Source: Phoronis australis
Taxonomy: Eukaryota > Animalia > Phoronida
DNA length: 64,000 bases
NCBI GenBank assembly: GCA_002633005.1
Contig: NMRA01000166.1
Span: 248,001-312,000, forward strand
Reading direction: 5' to 3'
Position numbers and translations under genes: made by a program. The notes under the pieces were generated by a model. It searched no databases and was not told where the DNA came from. It saw only the letters and a program-made list of their open reading frames with translations. This document shows, in pieces, positions 12,305-27,200 of the stretch. The stretch's first letter is position 1. Each line of letters begins with the position of its first letter.

Positions 12305-15115
12305 GTCAAGAGTAAAATATGTTACTGTAGCCACACAAGGGTTCAAACCAAATTCCCTGACTAAAATAATAACAATATCCTCTATGCAATTAAATAACAG
12401 TATATTATCCACAGCAACCAATTTCCCATTTTCCATATGAGAACAACAAAAGTAGCACTTAGATTTTTTTGAGATTTCTATCCCGCACAAAAAAGCTTAA
12501 AAATGTATACATCATGATCACCTTCATTTTAAGATAAACGGAATAACACCAGGTAAATTACCAAGGAAACAGTCAACAAAAAATACATCAAAATTTAATA
12601 GCTGCCTTTCAATTATATAATCTATTTCACAAAATAACTTCAGCTAGCCAACAAGGAAAAGGTGAACTGACATGGCCGATGTCAATATGACTTCTTCACG
12701 GGAGTGGTAATATGAAATATAATTTTGACACATATTTTGTTTGTAAAACTTTGATTCAGGCTATGAATGACAAGATTACATAGGACCTTGAAAATGACCA
12801 AATTTGGCTAAATACCTATAACAGGTATCTCACAAGTGGTAAATTGGATTCACATGAAAGCTTCCAAATATGGTTCATGCATTCACCTCCAAAATGCCGT
12901 ATGGAATTGTTTGTACAATATTTCACTTTTGCATGAAGAGCTCCAAAAAATCAAGACTTCCATGATATTTATGCATTTTTAAGTTGCATAAAAAGAGAAA
13001 ACAATGCTTTAGAAAAATGCAACAGCACTTTCGAGATTTCATCTTGAGCATCTGAAATTTGGCCATGTTATTGGTACGTTATTCTGTTATAAACAAACCT
13101 TTGTTTCTTGCTAAAAAGACATGGCCATTTGACCCAGTCTATGACAGATTTGTATCAAGATAAAAATCAAAGTCTACTAAATGCACAGACCATAATCTTG
13201 AAAGCAGACAATAAGTGTTCAATGAAGGTGGCACATTTTTTAATTGTGAATGCTCTATCTTAAATTAAATTAAATGATTCATTTTGATAAATTCATGAAT
13301 AAACAGCAAAATTTACCAAAGACCAACATCTATAATATATAATATTACCGGTATAATCTTGGGGTAAATCGCAAAAGCTAACCAAGATATTTGTCTCATT
13401 CCCTAAAAATACATATTTGGAATGTAAAACGGTATTATCAAAGCCAGTTTGTGTTAAACAACCCAAGCTTAGGAATATCGCATGCCTGTCTTCTTTACAA
13501 TTTCTAAGTGCACTGCCTTTTCCACAACAGCACAGCAACGTACACAGGGTATCATCCACTTCTTAGCAAACACATTTATAAGAAACTGTGGGACAAAAGT
13601 GAAGACAGAGATTTTTGTTAAAAGTCATAACCTAGATTATGTAAGTTCAAATGAAGACCTGCAATTAATTTGATGTAATCAACTCTTTCACTGCCAATTT
13701 TTTTAGAAAGGGATTTCCTGATGGCAATTAAATGTTGAGGAAACGTCGAAAACAGGGTGTAATTATAAAATTGCTGTAAAACTTTTGTTTGCTGGTGGAT
13801 TGTTATGGCACCTCCAGGGCAACATATCTATATATACATTGTTTTATGATATTTTGAAAATCATGCATTAAGGCAAGAATTCAGTAGTAAACAAGATAAC
13901 CGGTGAAAAAAACACGGATCAACAGTCAATGAAGAGGGCTTGGAATGACGAATGACAACAAAGAGGAATATTTTCCAGGTGATGTAACGTTCCACAAATA
14001 AATAGGCTTGTATGATAGAAATATTTTTTGTGTTGTAAAATTTAATTGAAATAAAAGTTTTTGCATGAATGAAGTCAAAATAATGATGAAAAACAGACAA
14101 AAGAAGAGGACCAGGAAATCAAATAACAGGAAATCAAAACCAAGAGTTAAATTCCAAGCCCTGCAATGAAGGGCTGTGGTTGAAATGCATATCACGGCCC
14201 TGGAACACACCTGGTCCAAAATTTCAAATTCGGATCCCAAATCACAATCATTTTGATTTTCAGTTAATTAAACTGAGACGTTGGAGAGCCTACAGGATAT
14301 TGCATTAACTGCAATTTGACAGGTAACTGGTGAATAAATTTCAAACAAATGGGTAAAAATAAAAAAATGACTTTTGTTCGAGATTTGGTAAAACTGTGGC
14401 AAAGATATCACCTGATGTCATTAAACTGTAGTTATCTCCCATGAAATTTATGATTAACTAGAGCAAGAATGGTAAAGTGCCCAACTGACCAATCATCGCA
14501 TTTGATGGTGAAAGTTGTCAGAAGGCATATTTGGTAGTGAAAGTGTTAAAGATTTCATTGATTTTACTAAATCTTTGAAAAATGGTTTGCAGCAAATCTT
14601 GACTAATAAAATTTTCAAAAGTTTGCAAAATGGATAGTGGAATTTAAAAACCTAAGATATCCTCACTTCCTAGATGACAAGAAACTCCGTAAACCCAACC
14701 TTTACTCAATACATAAACTATTAGTTAGTATCAAAGATTTAAATGATCCATTTGCAGTCATAGTATTTGACCATTCGAGGACACATAGTGTGTTAATTAG
14801 TGCACAGCAATATTTTGAAACATGTTTCACCTACTCAAAAGGTTATTAAGTTTACATATTAAGCCAAAAGAACAGTTTTCAGTGTACCCCAAGGGTTAAC
14901 CCAGTTATCATGCAATCTACACTCCAAGTATTTGACACTTTTGATGAATTTTTGGGCTACAGTGGCTTATTTGAAATTTTTTGACAGTCAATTTTTCATT
15001 ATTTGGGTTTCTTAAGCACGCAGAGCAATGGAATGGTATTTTGTAAACCTCGGTAATAATGCCTCTTTAACAAACCTAATCATGAACAGCTGATACCTCT
15101 AGGACTCATGCACTC

Positions 15116-15250
15116 TTACTGCGGAGATGGCAAAGTGAAGTGTTTCTTCAGAGGTTGCCAGCACTTGTAGTAATCATGATCCACTTTGTTACAAGTCTTA
15201 TTTCCCCACTCGGTCACCCGCATACTCAGTGAAGACTCGAACATAAAGGC
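15116..15250 (-). CDS. HGD: HGD last coding exon (AFMFESSL...[15 protein letters not shown])
   Basis: 135 nt ending in TAA at 15116-15118. Confidence 0.95.
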   Translation of the reverse strand, partial: AFMFESSLSMRVTEWGNKTCNKVDHDYYKCWQPLKKHFTLPSPQ

Positions 15251-18200
15251 CTGGAAAGATTTAAGAGTTTTTTACATGTACTTGTTGATATGTACATGAG
15301 GTTACATGAAGTCCATGTAAACATGTTGCTTCTGCTCTAGGACAATCCTTGATTGATCTACAAGTCAGTTGAGTGAAATATAGCCATTGTTTAAACTGCA
15401 GTGAACAGGAATTGGATGGTGTAGGCAACCACAAAAACACAAATCATGTACCATGCTAATTGCTGGCATGGACACTATGGTAACAGTACACGTGCGGGTG
15501 ACACCAACCTGATGGCTTTGAGTTACTACTGTGACTGCAGCATGCGACGCTTCGTGATTCAAAAAAGCAGCTCCCAGCAGGTGGCAACGGAGCAGAGAAA
15601 GGAAAGCCAACAATATGGTATCTATTTTCAGGACATGATTTGCAAGAACCTTCGTGATCTGTGTACACATATCTCGTAATCTGACGATAAGAAATGTTTG
15701 ACACACACATGACAATTTTGTATGGTTTTAACCATGGTGAACAGGTAATGCTAAATTGTTGACACAATTGAGGCAACTCTGATGGATTTTGTCATTCTCA
15801 GGGTACGCAACAACTTGTCACAAGCAGACGTACACAATGACACATCCTATGTTATACACAGTGAGAAGTGCATGAAAACAAAGCTGGCATGAAATGACTC
15901 GGGCCACAAACAGCACGTACGCAGTGACGCATCCACAATCAATTAAGAGTCCCAGGGATTTAATTAACCATTTCCTTCTTCTTCAAGTAGTAGATAAGGT
16001 GTGGGTGGGGGTAATATGTGGTTCATATGAGGAGTTATTCAAACTTATGAGGAAAAAACAAACAAGTGTTTTCTGAGCCTATGAATGCCTCATACAATCC
16101 AAATCACATGTAACAAATACCATTATGCTTCTCTTCAATATGCCTTACCATTGTTCCCACTGCAATTTTCTGTGGTTTCAGCTCAGCAGAGGATGCCTTT
16201 TCAAAGCATGTAGCATCAGGTCCATGTGGTGTCATCATGCTGTGTAATGTGGCGCCCCCTGGTTGAAATCCCTCCTCCTTTGCCTCATAGTTGCCCTTGA
16301 TCAGTCCCATGAACTCACTCATGCAGTTCCCTGGCAACAAAATAATAGTTTTACATATTTAATGACATGTGGCAAGGCAAAGACTTCATATCATGACTCA
16401 GTCTAGGAAATATGCAGATAGCCCTAAAATTGTATTCTAGAAGTTATACAGCTTTCAGAAATGACAGGGTCAGTCTCTAAATGTATTTTGGTAGCTGGCA
16501 TTCTTGTTCACAGTTTATACAAGAGAGACTTGCTCCCCGAGCAAGTCAGAAGTGAGATATTTTTATATAAGAAAGTAGCATAGGATTAAATTAATGTAAA
16601 TTATCTGCGGGTGAAACTCAGAGAATCAATACAGAAGCATACAGTCCTTCAGTTAGGACAATCTCTTTGCTGGAAAACTGAAATTTATCAGAAAAGGTGA
16701 TATGTTCACAATTTTAGATAGGAGAGGTGGATGTTATTCCGTACAAAAGCATTTTGGATATCTTTTAATTGATCACAGATTTATTACCAGAAGTTCTCAA
16801 TTGTCAACATTTTGGAAATGAACATTTCGGCAATAGTCACTTACAGCAGTCCCAGTGGAAAACATGGTTCTCAAAATGTGGGAGCCCTGTAACTGATTAC
16901 AACAAACCTTTCATGATAGAAAAGTAATCATAAGTCGACTTCAAAATTAGGATTTTCAACAATATCACTCACTGTGGTAGTAAGGGGGCCGAAAGGTGTG
17001 TTCCTGAACCGACCAACGAGGAGGGAAGATGACAAAGTCAGCGATGGCTGTGCCTGGCTTAAGGGATTGACAGGTCAACACAGTGAAGATAGAGGGATCC
17101 TAGAGAAAGACAATGGAATTATAGGAACACATGTAAAACCGTCAATCCAATGACACAATTATAAGTATATCAATTTAATACCAAAATGGCTGACGATAGT
17201 ACTGGGGGTTGATGAAGCCAGGATTTGAAAGAAACAAGATCAGTTTTAAGGTAAAAAAACAAACTTTCAGGATTACTGTTAGGAAGGATAGATCGAGACG
17301 ATAGACTACATAATGTTATTTAGCCTTAACCAGAGTTATAAACCACTGCTTCCCAATGCTGACACCTAGAATTTAGTGAAATTGAGACCAGTGACTTGAT
17401 CAGTTAAATATGCTATTACTTGGCTACTTGCCATATTAGCTTTACTAGCAAAGTTTTGAACAGCAACCAGTGAGGTTGCAGGCTCGAATCCATTGTGGAA
17501 TGATTGTGTCACTGTAAACCAAGTAGCTAAATACACAATTGAAGTTATGAAACAAAGAGATCTAAGGTGTCTGCAACACGATCATTACTTCAGCATTTGA
17601 TTTCTGTGAATATGACGGCAGAATTGCAAAAATGTGGTTTTGAAACCGACAGGTGAAATAAATAAATGTACACCATTACCCAAATTACAGATCCGCTGGG
17701 GATTTTCACCCAGAGAGCATAGTCACTCAATTTACAATGATTTACTGTCGATGCCTCTGATGCTGCATCACGAATACTAACCCTAACCAGATACTATTTA
17801 CCATTCTACCCTGGTATTCATATTTGCCAGCTCGTGAAGTTCAAATACCTAGACCTACCGCATGGTCAAAGGCTACACAGTTGATGACCATAAACTTGTC
17901 CAAGTCATATTTGTAGGGTGCGTAGTTACCATGCCAAGCCACAACATTGAATGGTGAGTGATCCTACATGAAAGCAAGCAACACACAGTGAGTACTGTAG
18001 GTATTTGCATATATCACCTGACATCTGACTACTTCTCCAGCAAGAAATTAGCAATTATTAGTAAATCATTCTTGAATTACTTTGACATTAGTTTCGTTTT
18101 TACAGTAGTAACCACACTATGACAGAAATAATTTATAAGTACTAGCAATAATGTTCATAGAGAAAATCATGTTTCCCGAAAAGAAAAACAGTACAGCTGC

Positions 18201-21200
18201 ACTCATGTCTCCAAGCAAGGTGATACAGCACCAAGTGAAACTACAATTGATAAAAATATTGACAGAGTTTGACAATATTTTTTACTCCAAATGACACCGT
18301 TACACCATGTGTCATGTTGCTATAAACATGTTGATCCTTCACTTACTACTTAATACTCAAATAAAAGATACACCCACCTGCTTTGCCTCAAATAGATGTC
18401 CTTGGAACTTGTTTATCACAGTATAGCCAGGGACATCACGGTCCTCGAACCAGGCAACAGGCGTGAGGAAGTCTCTGGGATTGGCCAAGCCATTGGCACC
18501 TGGTGGAAGGAAAACAGTGCAACACAATGCATTTTCACAGAACAGAATGTTATTCAGACCCTACTACAGTGCATACGTGCATGCAGGAAATTAAGTTACG
18601 ACTTTAGAGATGCAGAGAAGAGTCAATGAATATCTGAGGACCTCTGGTGATTATTCTGCATGTTATGGTAGAATCACCTGTTAATGAATAATTTTATGTA
18701 GTTTGCAACAAAACAAGGGCACCTGTGTATTTTCACATGGATACAGCTAAAAGCCATATCAGCTGCTGAGATGCTTATGACGTTGCCCGGATAAGATCCT
18801 GGGAAAAATGGACACCAACAGAGGGAGCTTTTTTCAATGTTGTGATTGAAATATGATATCATTGTGCTTTTAATGAAACAGGTGGTGGGTGAAATAAACA
18901 TGTTGTTTGGTTACTGAGTATGTTACTACAACAAGTACCATAGATACTCAGTGACATACCTATAGGGCCCAGGGTAGGAAGAACAAAATGTCCGTCAAAT
19001 ACCTCCAGAATATAACCTCTTGATGGACCATCCACCGCTACACTGAACTTGATCCCTTGCTAAAAAGATAATGACAATATTATGGCAGACACATGCAATC
19101 AATACATGATTTTGTAACTCAAACTGATATTATCGTGCAATTGACAATTTCTGTAAAAATGTTTAATATTGAGTATCCTGTTATTAATACATGTTAGTTA
19201 TTAACAATACATTCTCTTGACAATCATCATTAGTTTTTTACATATTAATTCTCAGTGATGTAGAAATAAAATTTGACTTTCATCTAGGTAAAATGTTCAA
19301 GACTTTTGATTCTTGAACATTAGTTATATATCCTATCAACAAACTTCAGGGTAAAGCTTTCCTAAAAATCTCTGAAAATTAAACACAAAGGGACTTTGAA
19401 ATCTACGCTCTACACATGGTCACGAAATAATAACTGGCTCGAAACGTGGACTACATTTAATTAACAACGAAGTCAAATATGATTTCACTTTCAACCAACC
19501 TGAATGACACAGATTTCATTTGGAGCCACATCCATCTTTCCAAATTCGGTAGTAATGTGGAGAACACCTTGTTGAGGAACTAGAAAAAATAAGTTATAGA
19601 ACATACTAAGTATCTAATGCTAAATAAAATAACGAGTGACGGGAAAAGAACAAAAGAAGAATGGAACAAAAGAAACACAAAGGATTGAAATGCACCCATG
19701 ACTGCAGCAGTATGCTTCTAGGGGTTTGTATTAGAATCACGTAATACATAAAATAAAAACTCACTAGGGGACACAGCATAAGTCAAACTCATTTGAAACA
19801 AGGCAAATGCTATCGTCTCCTTGATAGAAACTTGTTTGCCAAATGCCATGAACATATATCAAGGAACTCTTTAGATATAGTGCCACATACAAAGAAAACC
19901 TTCACGAGATAATGTGACACTAGCCAGACACATTCCAAGATCAAAGTTAGGTGTACTATTGAATATTTAATTTATGAAGATGCATCAACGAACTTGGTAG
20001 TTATTAAAGCACATGCAAGCAACAAACTTGCCACTAGGGGTCACCATAGTAGTTGGACATGTCCGAAAATATACGTCAGTTGTGATCATCTCAATAGGAA
20101 AATATAAAAAAAATTTCATTGTGACCCTTCAAGCGCTTTGGTGGACAGAGGCCAACAACAAAAATTTAACGAAAATTACCACTAGTACATGCAGAATGCA
20201 TTGAATCCATCCCAAAATGGTTGTGTGTCACTGTCTGCTTACAGAAACCTATTTGACAAATTTCAGGAAAATTCATCAAGCAAACTGGTACACGTGGAGG
20301 CATATGACACTAAGGGGCGCCACAGTAATTTGACCAGTCCAAAAATCAACGTTAGCCATGCTCACCTGAATAAGAACACATTCTGTAAAAATTTCCAATG
20401 ATTCTTCGAGCACTAGTTCGACAATCGACAAATAGTGAGACGGATGCCAAAGATGAGAATGTGTCATAGACTCAATACCAAAAGCCCATTTACCAAATTT
20501 CATGAAAATTNNNNGGGGGGGGGGCACAACAACAATCATCTGTCAGCTCCAAGAATAGATCCATTATAAGTTGCCCAAAATTTTGTGCATATGTACTTTT
20601 AAATCATGGGGTCAGACTTGTTGACATCATGTACTTTAACGTCAAAATCCATTTTAAATGGTGTTTACAACTTTGGGTTCTGGGGTCAAAATACTCTAGA
20701 GATTCTAGAAAATTCTGAAGACATTATGTCATACTCTCCACTGAAGTCAATAAGGCTCAATAATGTGACCAATGCAAGTGACAGTGGGATAATGCCAATA
20801 GCAATATGGCAGTCACTAGGCTGGGAAGAGGCTTCTTACCTGTGCCTAAACTGATGGAGTTAATGCTATGAGATGCTGAGTATCAAAGTGGAATTTGCAC
20901 GCTATCTCCTTATCTCTCTGATTACTTGGTCAAATTAGTTAGAAACACATCATATAGCGACAATGTCAATGTGAAAATTGCCACGTTTTTAAAAACAAGT
21001 TTTATGTTGAAAGTGATCCACCGCAAATCATTCAACTGTGTCCAGTAAGTATCGTGACTTGGTGTTGGGCAATAATACTGCATGATGTGGGTTATATGAG
21101 CTCCCAAACAACATCATTAGTGCAAAGGTCACCTATTTTCAGAATTTTTTATTTTCACATTTACAACTAGTCAATGACTACAACTGCACTTTGTTTAGCC

Positions 21201-24200
21201 CAGATGATGTTCAAATAGCATTGTTGCTTAGTTCCTGCTATTTAATTGGGCTGCTATACATTAGCACAATTAGGAGCATGCAGTTACATCTTTAGTGGCT
21301 ATAAGGTTAGTATATGTTGCTACACTTGAGAAATTGTATTGAGCAATGCTTACCAAACAAGAAGTCTCCATCAGAGTTATATAAGCATTTATCTCCCATG
21401 GACTTGTTACATGCATAGATGTGGCTGGCCACCCCATGCCTGGAACAAGGATCCCCTGCCCCACAGACTGTGGCCAGGCCCTGAACAAAGTCCACGGCTT
21501 GCTTAGACTGGTCGGCAATATCAAAAGGCATCCACCTCAGCTGGAATACAAGATACAAAACTTTATAAAAATAGACATCTTGTCAATCTTGTGAGGACAT
21601 TTAATAACAGATGGAAATTTTTTGTTGAAAAATAGATTAGGCAAAAGAAAGGCTTATTTCGTTCTAGCCTGTGAAGTTGCAAACGGTTATTTAAAAAGCA
21701 AATACCTGCAACGTTTTGCCAAATTCTTATTATTCCAAAGCTTCACAAATGCATTCATTAGTTTTAACATAGACGCTGGTCATTTCAGCTATAAGTACTG
21801 CCCTAAATTGCATAGAGGGGGCCCAAAAAAGTGAGCTCCCAGGTTGGCAACTGTACAGGCAATCACACCCCACCAGTCAACACTAGTACACAGCCGATTG
21901 CGTCACTGAAGCTGGTGTGAGATGAGTAAAACAAAAAACTTTTTGGCCTGATAGTACAAAGTTAAAACTATAACATACATCATCTAAGGAGATGATCACA
22001 CCGAAGAAAGCAAAACCAGGTGAGACTGTAAAAAAATATAAAAATTTTGTCTTGATATTGCACTTTCTTTCACAAAAACAACATTCAGAAAATGGTAACA
22101 TATAAGTCCACAGTACAGATTGTTAAGTCTGTAGATGATTGACAATAAAAAAATTTGTATGAGATACCTAAAAATTTTGATACAACATGCCGCAGACTTT
22201 CAAAATAAGAGCGACAGAAAGCATGAAGCAGTGCCCATGACTGCATTACAAAAGGTATGCTTCTCGGGGTGTTTATTAGTATCACAAAAAAGGCCACTAG
22301 AGGCCCCAGAATACCTGAAACTCAGAAAAAAGGACACTGTCATCGTCATCTCCCTAATAAAAAAGAGCAACGCGGAGCGTTGAAATGCGCCCACGAATGC
22401 ACCGCAAATGATGTGATTATAGGGTTGTTTATTTGTTTCATAAAAATGGCCATTAGATGGTGCAAAAACATCCAATCCATCTGAAAACAGGAACATGTCA
22501 TCGCTTCTTTAATAGAAAGCTAACAAATTTCATAAAAATCTTCAGAGAAACAATGGACAATGGAAAAAATGAAATTGCCACTGAAGGGCACAGCGTTCGT
22601 TCGTTGGATCCGCCTGAAAGACGCAGTCTGTTGTTAGCTTCATAAAAATACAACTACTAAATTTAATAAAGATCCTGCAGTGGGTTTAGGAGATACAGTT
22701 ATGGGCGCAAGAACAAACAAAACTGCCACTAGGAGCACCAAAGGTGTAGAGACAAATGAAAAAACAAGGAGTCATTGCAGTATTAAGATCCTGCAAGGGG
22801 ATTAGGAGAGACAGCAGCAAACACAAGACAACCAGACAGAGTTGACAGCAATATGCATCTACATATTGTAGACGCATAAAAAGACTTTAAAAATTAAAGA
22901 AAAATGCACAAACCATTCACAACTACTCAGTTTTAACATGACACCTTATCAAGTATGTATCCGTTGCTTAAATACCTGGTTTGGATTTGGTGGAACAGAA
23001 TTGAAGTCGTTAGTCAAATTGGTATGTTCAATAAGCTGTAGTGGCTCATGGCGCACGGACGGAAGAATACGATAAAGCCAACTGAAACAGAATCACAACA
23101 ACTGAAACAGAATCACAACAACTGAAACAGAATCACAACAACTGAAACAGAATCACAACAACTGAAACAGAATCACAAGGTTTTAACAAAATTCCTGTTT
23201 CAATTCAAACACTTCTCATTTACAGACGAAGTCTATGAAGGACAACACCTCTGCTAAAACAAATGAATTCAAACCAGAATTTTTACCACCATTTTACTTA
23301 TAACAACACTTAATAATTATTATGCACTGAGAAAATGCATTACAATATTTTTTTAAATATCACCCTCCAATTTACTGCAAAAACATTTAATACCAAAAGA
23401 AACTCATATAAATTGTCACAGAAATTGGCTTCACATTTGAACAGACCAATCAAGAATTGGACATTAAAATGACTGACTGTAAAACATGTCGGACTGAGCA
23501 GTGATGTGGGTTACCTTCGCTGCAAGTAGTCTCGTGTAGCTGTAAAAGCAGTGCCCGACAGTTGTTCAGCGTACAAACCATATGGACACTTTTGAGGGTT
23601 GTTCTACAAGCAAAACGATGCCAGCTTAGAGAAGGTGCAATAGTTGAGGCTAAGATCAACAACAAAATAGTCTACTTTATTTTCAAAGGTCAATACATGG
23701 TGTTTGTAAAATATGACTGGATGTTCAAAGGTGTTGGATACTATGAATAACTCTGTATTATAACTTCTGAACAAGTTGCCTACAACCCAATACTATGATT
23801 TGTGATGATAGTACCTTTAAGACTTTACGTAAATCATACGATAGAACAGGTACTTGCACTATAAAATGTGTTTTATCGTAACAGTGTGTGTTATTTCCAC
23901 GAAAATCAGGAAATTCAATTCATTATATTTTGTCAGTTTACAAAAATCATCAGTTGTTCGTACCTTGTGTCATGTCCCAAAGTGTAGACTTCTTGAAGTA
24001 GCATAGAAGTTTCCAATAAAGGGTAATTTTTGGTAACCTGGATTATTTATAACTTTTATCAAATCTTTTACCATTTGGATGTATGGGAATGAAAGTTCCC
24101 CACTTCACTTCCTAGTATATATGAAAGCACCTGTCCACTGATAATCACTTTTTGGTCAGTTCAGTGAACACACATTTGTTTTATTTGAGACATCATCGGG

Positions 24201-27200
24201 GGCATTATAAGTAAAATGCAAAACTTTTTTGGAAAACATGCAGACCACCAATACAATTAAGGAACTGTAACCAGATTTGGGAGGAGCATGGGGCATGACT
24301 TAACTAAGTTTGTGACCATAAAAGGTTGATCAACGCATCTTTTTTCTTTGTTCAAATGAAAATGGAACCAAAGTCTGTCATGGAAACCGAGCAATTGACC
24401 ATTTGTGAGCCACTTAGAGACACCTTTGTAAATTTAATATGATGAAAGTAATGAGACATAAAAATTTAAGCAACAACAAAGAACAGCACCAGCATGACAT
24501 TTTTAGGGGTGCCGCAAAGTTTGTCCCCTCATAAATAGTGGCCTTTCCTTCATGACAAGCATACACTCTGGGGACCAGTTCCACTTAAAGAGTTAACCCT
24601 GGTCAGGGCATGAAAAGGTTTCAAATCAGTGACAAAGTGATACCCTAGATGAACAAGAGTGAAATGTCACACAGGTGTGGAAACAAGAATGCGTGAGTGT
24701 TTAAAGGTTACAATAGGCCAATACACACAATTAGTATTCATCAATCAAGAGCTATGTGAAAATAGTTATAAACTAGCAATGTCATCTTTCCCTATACCTG
24801 TCCTTTGGGCAATGCATCAGGGCATCTGGGATCCTCAGATTCAAAGTCATTGCCAAATCCGGGCTGGTACTGAAAATATAAAATGTTATAACAGTGGTGA
24901 ATGAGTAGATATGGTGCTGTCAGCGTGATGATATGATAAAAGAAAGAACTATAAGTCTTCTCACGTACCATATGTTGGTTACATCATGTGACCAAGTATT
25001 AAGTCTGAAAAAATCTCTGTCCCGACTGAAGCTTGAACTGTGTAAGAAGACTATCAATTCTTTCTCATAAGTGACACTCTGCTTTATAACAGCACTATCA
25101 CATGTATACCCTTGTATGCACTCCCAAGTTTGAGAAAAATGCCTCTAATAAATCTGGTTTGATTTCTGTAATTAACAGGTGGTCGTGACAAATGTAACTC
25201 AGTAGACTAGAGAGTCTGCATGGTTAGCAGGAAGTACCGGGTTCCAGCACCAGTCTGGACAGAGATTTTTCAGACTTACGTACTACTAACTTAAGGTCAC
25301 GCACTGAGACAAACAATTGGCGTGTATGAAGAATAATAATTCTTGGTTACGGTATTGTATATGTTTTTTATATGAAATTACAAGAACTATATATTTAAAA
25401 TAAAACATTTTCAGTTTATCTTGCGGTACACTAGTCAGAGTGTTCCTTAACTGAACACCCTAGCCGTTCAACAATAGAAAATGCATCGACATCAAAACTC
25501 TTAGTGTAACCTCTTAAATTGTTTCAGATTAAAAAGATATTTTTATTTTCTGAAAATGCTTCTCGATCACTACCAAATTCACCAGATAACGCTTTTCGTT
25601 TTCATTATTTCTTAAGGTTTAATGCATTACCTTATCAAGAGGTCTGTGAGACAAGAAAGGCACTATATGTCATTCAAACTGATTCCCTAAAGGTCGTTTT
25701 AGTAACTTCAGCCCCAAAACAATGCAATTGTCCTTATCTTTAACATGGTCGTTTGGCTTTACCTTCATATAATCACTGCCAGGTACAAAATGAATTTTAG
25801 CGCAAACCAGCTTTAATTAAATGTATTATCTATGATGTCCTTTCAATATGATGTCATTTTTTTCAAAATAAACACATCATCAAATAAATATTTTCGTAAT
25901 TTTCCAAGTACACTTCACTGAATGAATCATCAGCAATTAACTTTATCCACACCCCTGGGGCAAGCCTTTATCCAAGATTTCAAAAATAGGGTGTCCATAA
26001 TGGGGTTTCCAATATTCCAGGGTGTCCATGATTCCAACGCGTAATTCCCCACCCCGAGGACCATTCACCATCAATCCACCCCACAAACAGAGTTTTTTTT
26101 ACAAAAAATGCGTAGACCAAGATTTTTACATCTAAGTTTACAAAGCAGCCTTCTGTAGTGAGCCTCTTTACTAAAAAAACTGTGTAGACCAAGACCTCTA
26201 CATCTAAAGTTATGAAAGCAGCCAAGCAGCTTACCAAACAAATATTAGAGATATTGGTTAAATGATGAGTGCACTGTTTTGGTGATCTTGAGTAAAAATT
26301 GATGTTATAAAGTTTGTCATATCATTTTAATTAGCTTTAATATTCTGTAAAATAAGCCATTAGAGTTGCAGTAACAAAACAAGAAAAATGCACATATGAT
26401 GTTTAATTTATATTTTGGCAACAAGTGTCACTGCTGTTCCATATTCAAACCTTAAAAAGCATGAAACGGACGCAAAATCAAAAAATTTAAATGGGCGTAT
26501 TCTTGTGGCACAATATTGTATTAAAGTAATGACATTTATTTCACTTTTGATAATTTTAAAAAAAGATGAAAATCTTGAAGTTAGCCTACAGCTCTGAAAC
26601 ACCAGTTTGGAGTTGCACTAAGGTACGAACCTCACACATACATGTAGTACTCTTAAGTTTGGAGCTAAGACCACCGGGAGTATAGCCAGCAGAGGACGAA
26701 ACTTTGACAACCAAACATACTAATGCTTGAAAGGTGTTAAAGGAGAATGCCACCCAAAAAACAACCTAATTTGTATCAATGGCACGTACGGTTGCGTTAC
26801 CTGACACCTGACAGTAGATGGAGGTGTTGAAATTATCCAATGACATAATTGGTTTCACCCGCAGCCTGTTCAGCAGTTCACAACATGGGTTACTAATGTC
26901 AGCTTATCGCTTGAATTCATCGTTTAACACCAATAAATCATCAAACTTCGATGTAAAACCCTTAAAAATACATCGAGTTCTTATAAAAACGTGTTGTTTT
27001 ATTTCGCTGTTACCAATTTATTGGTATTTGGACACACCGTAGCCTAAAGAGCAAGGTCCGTAGCAGGAGTTTGGGGTCTGTTTCGAGAAAAATTCGAAGC
27101 ATTTTTTCGTGAGATACAGACAGGAGAACTTAGATTTGTGTAGTTTAGACTTGTGATTTTTTTAGTTTTAAACACACAAAACGCTTGTTGTCCTGGACAG

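Noticed and set aside
25758-25790. Alternative HGD first exon ATG AAG|gtaaag
   Set aside because: Only two codons and no promoter context; the MGSQLK exon at 29474-29491 fits homologues better.
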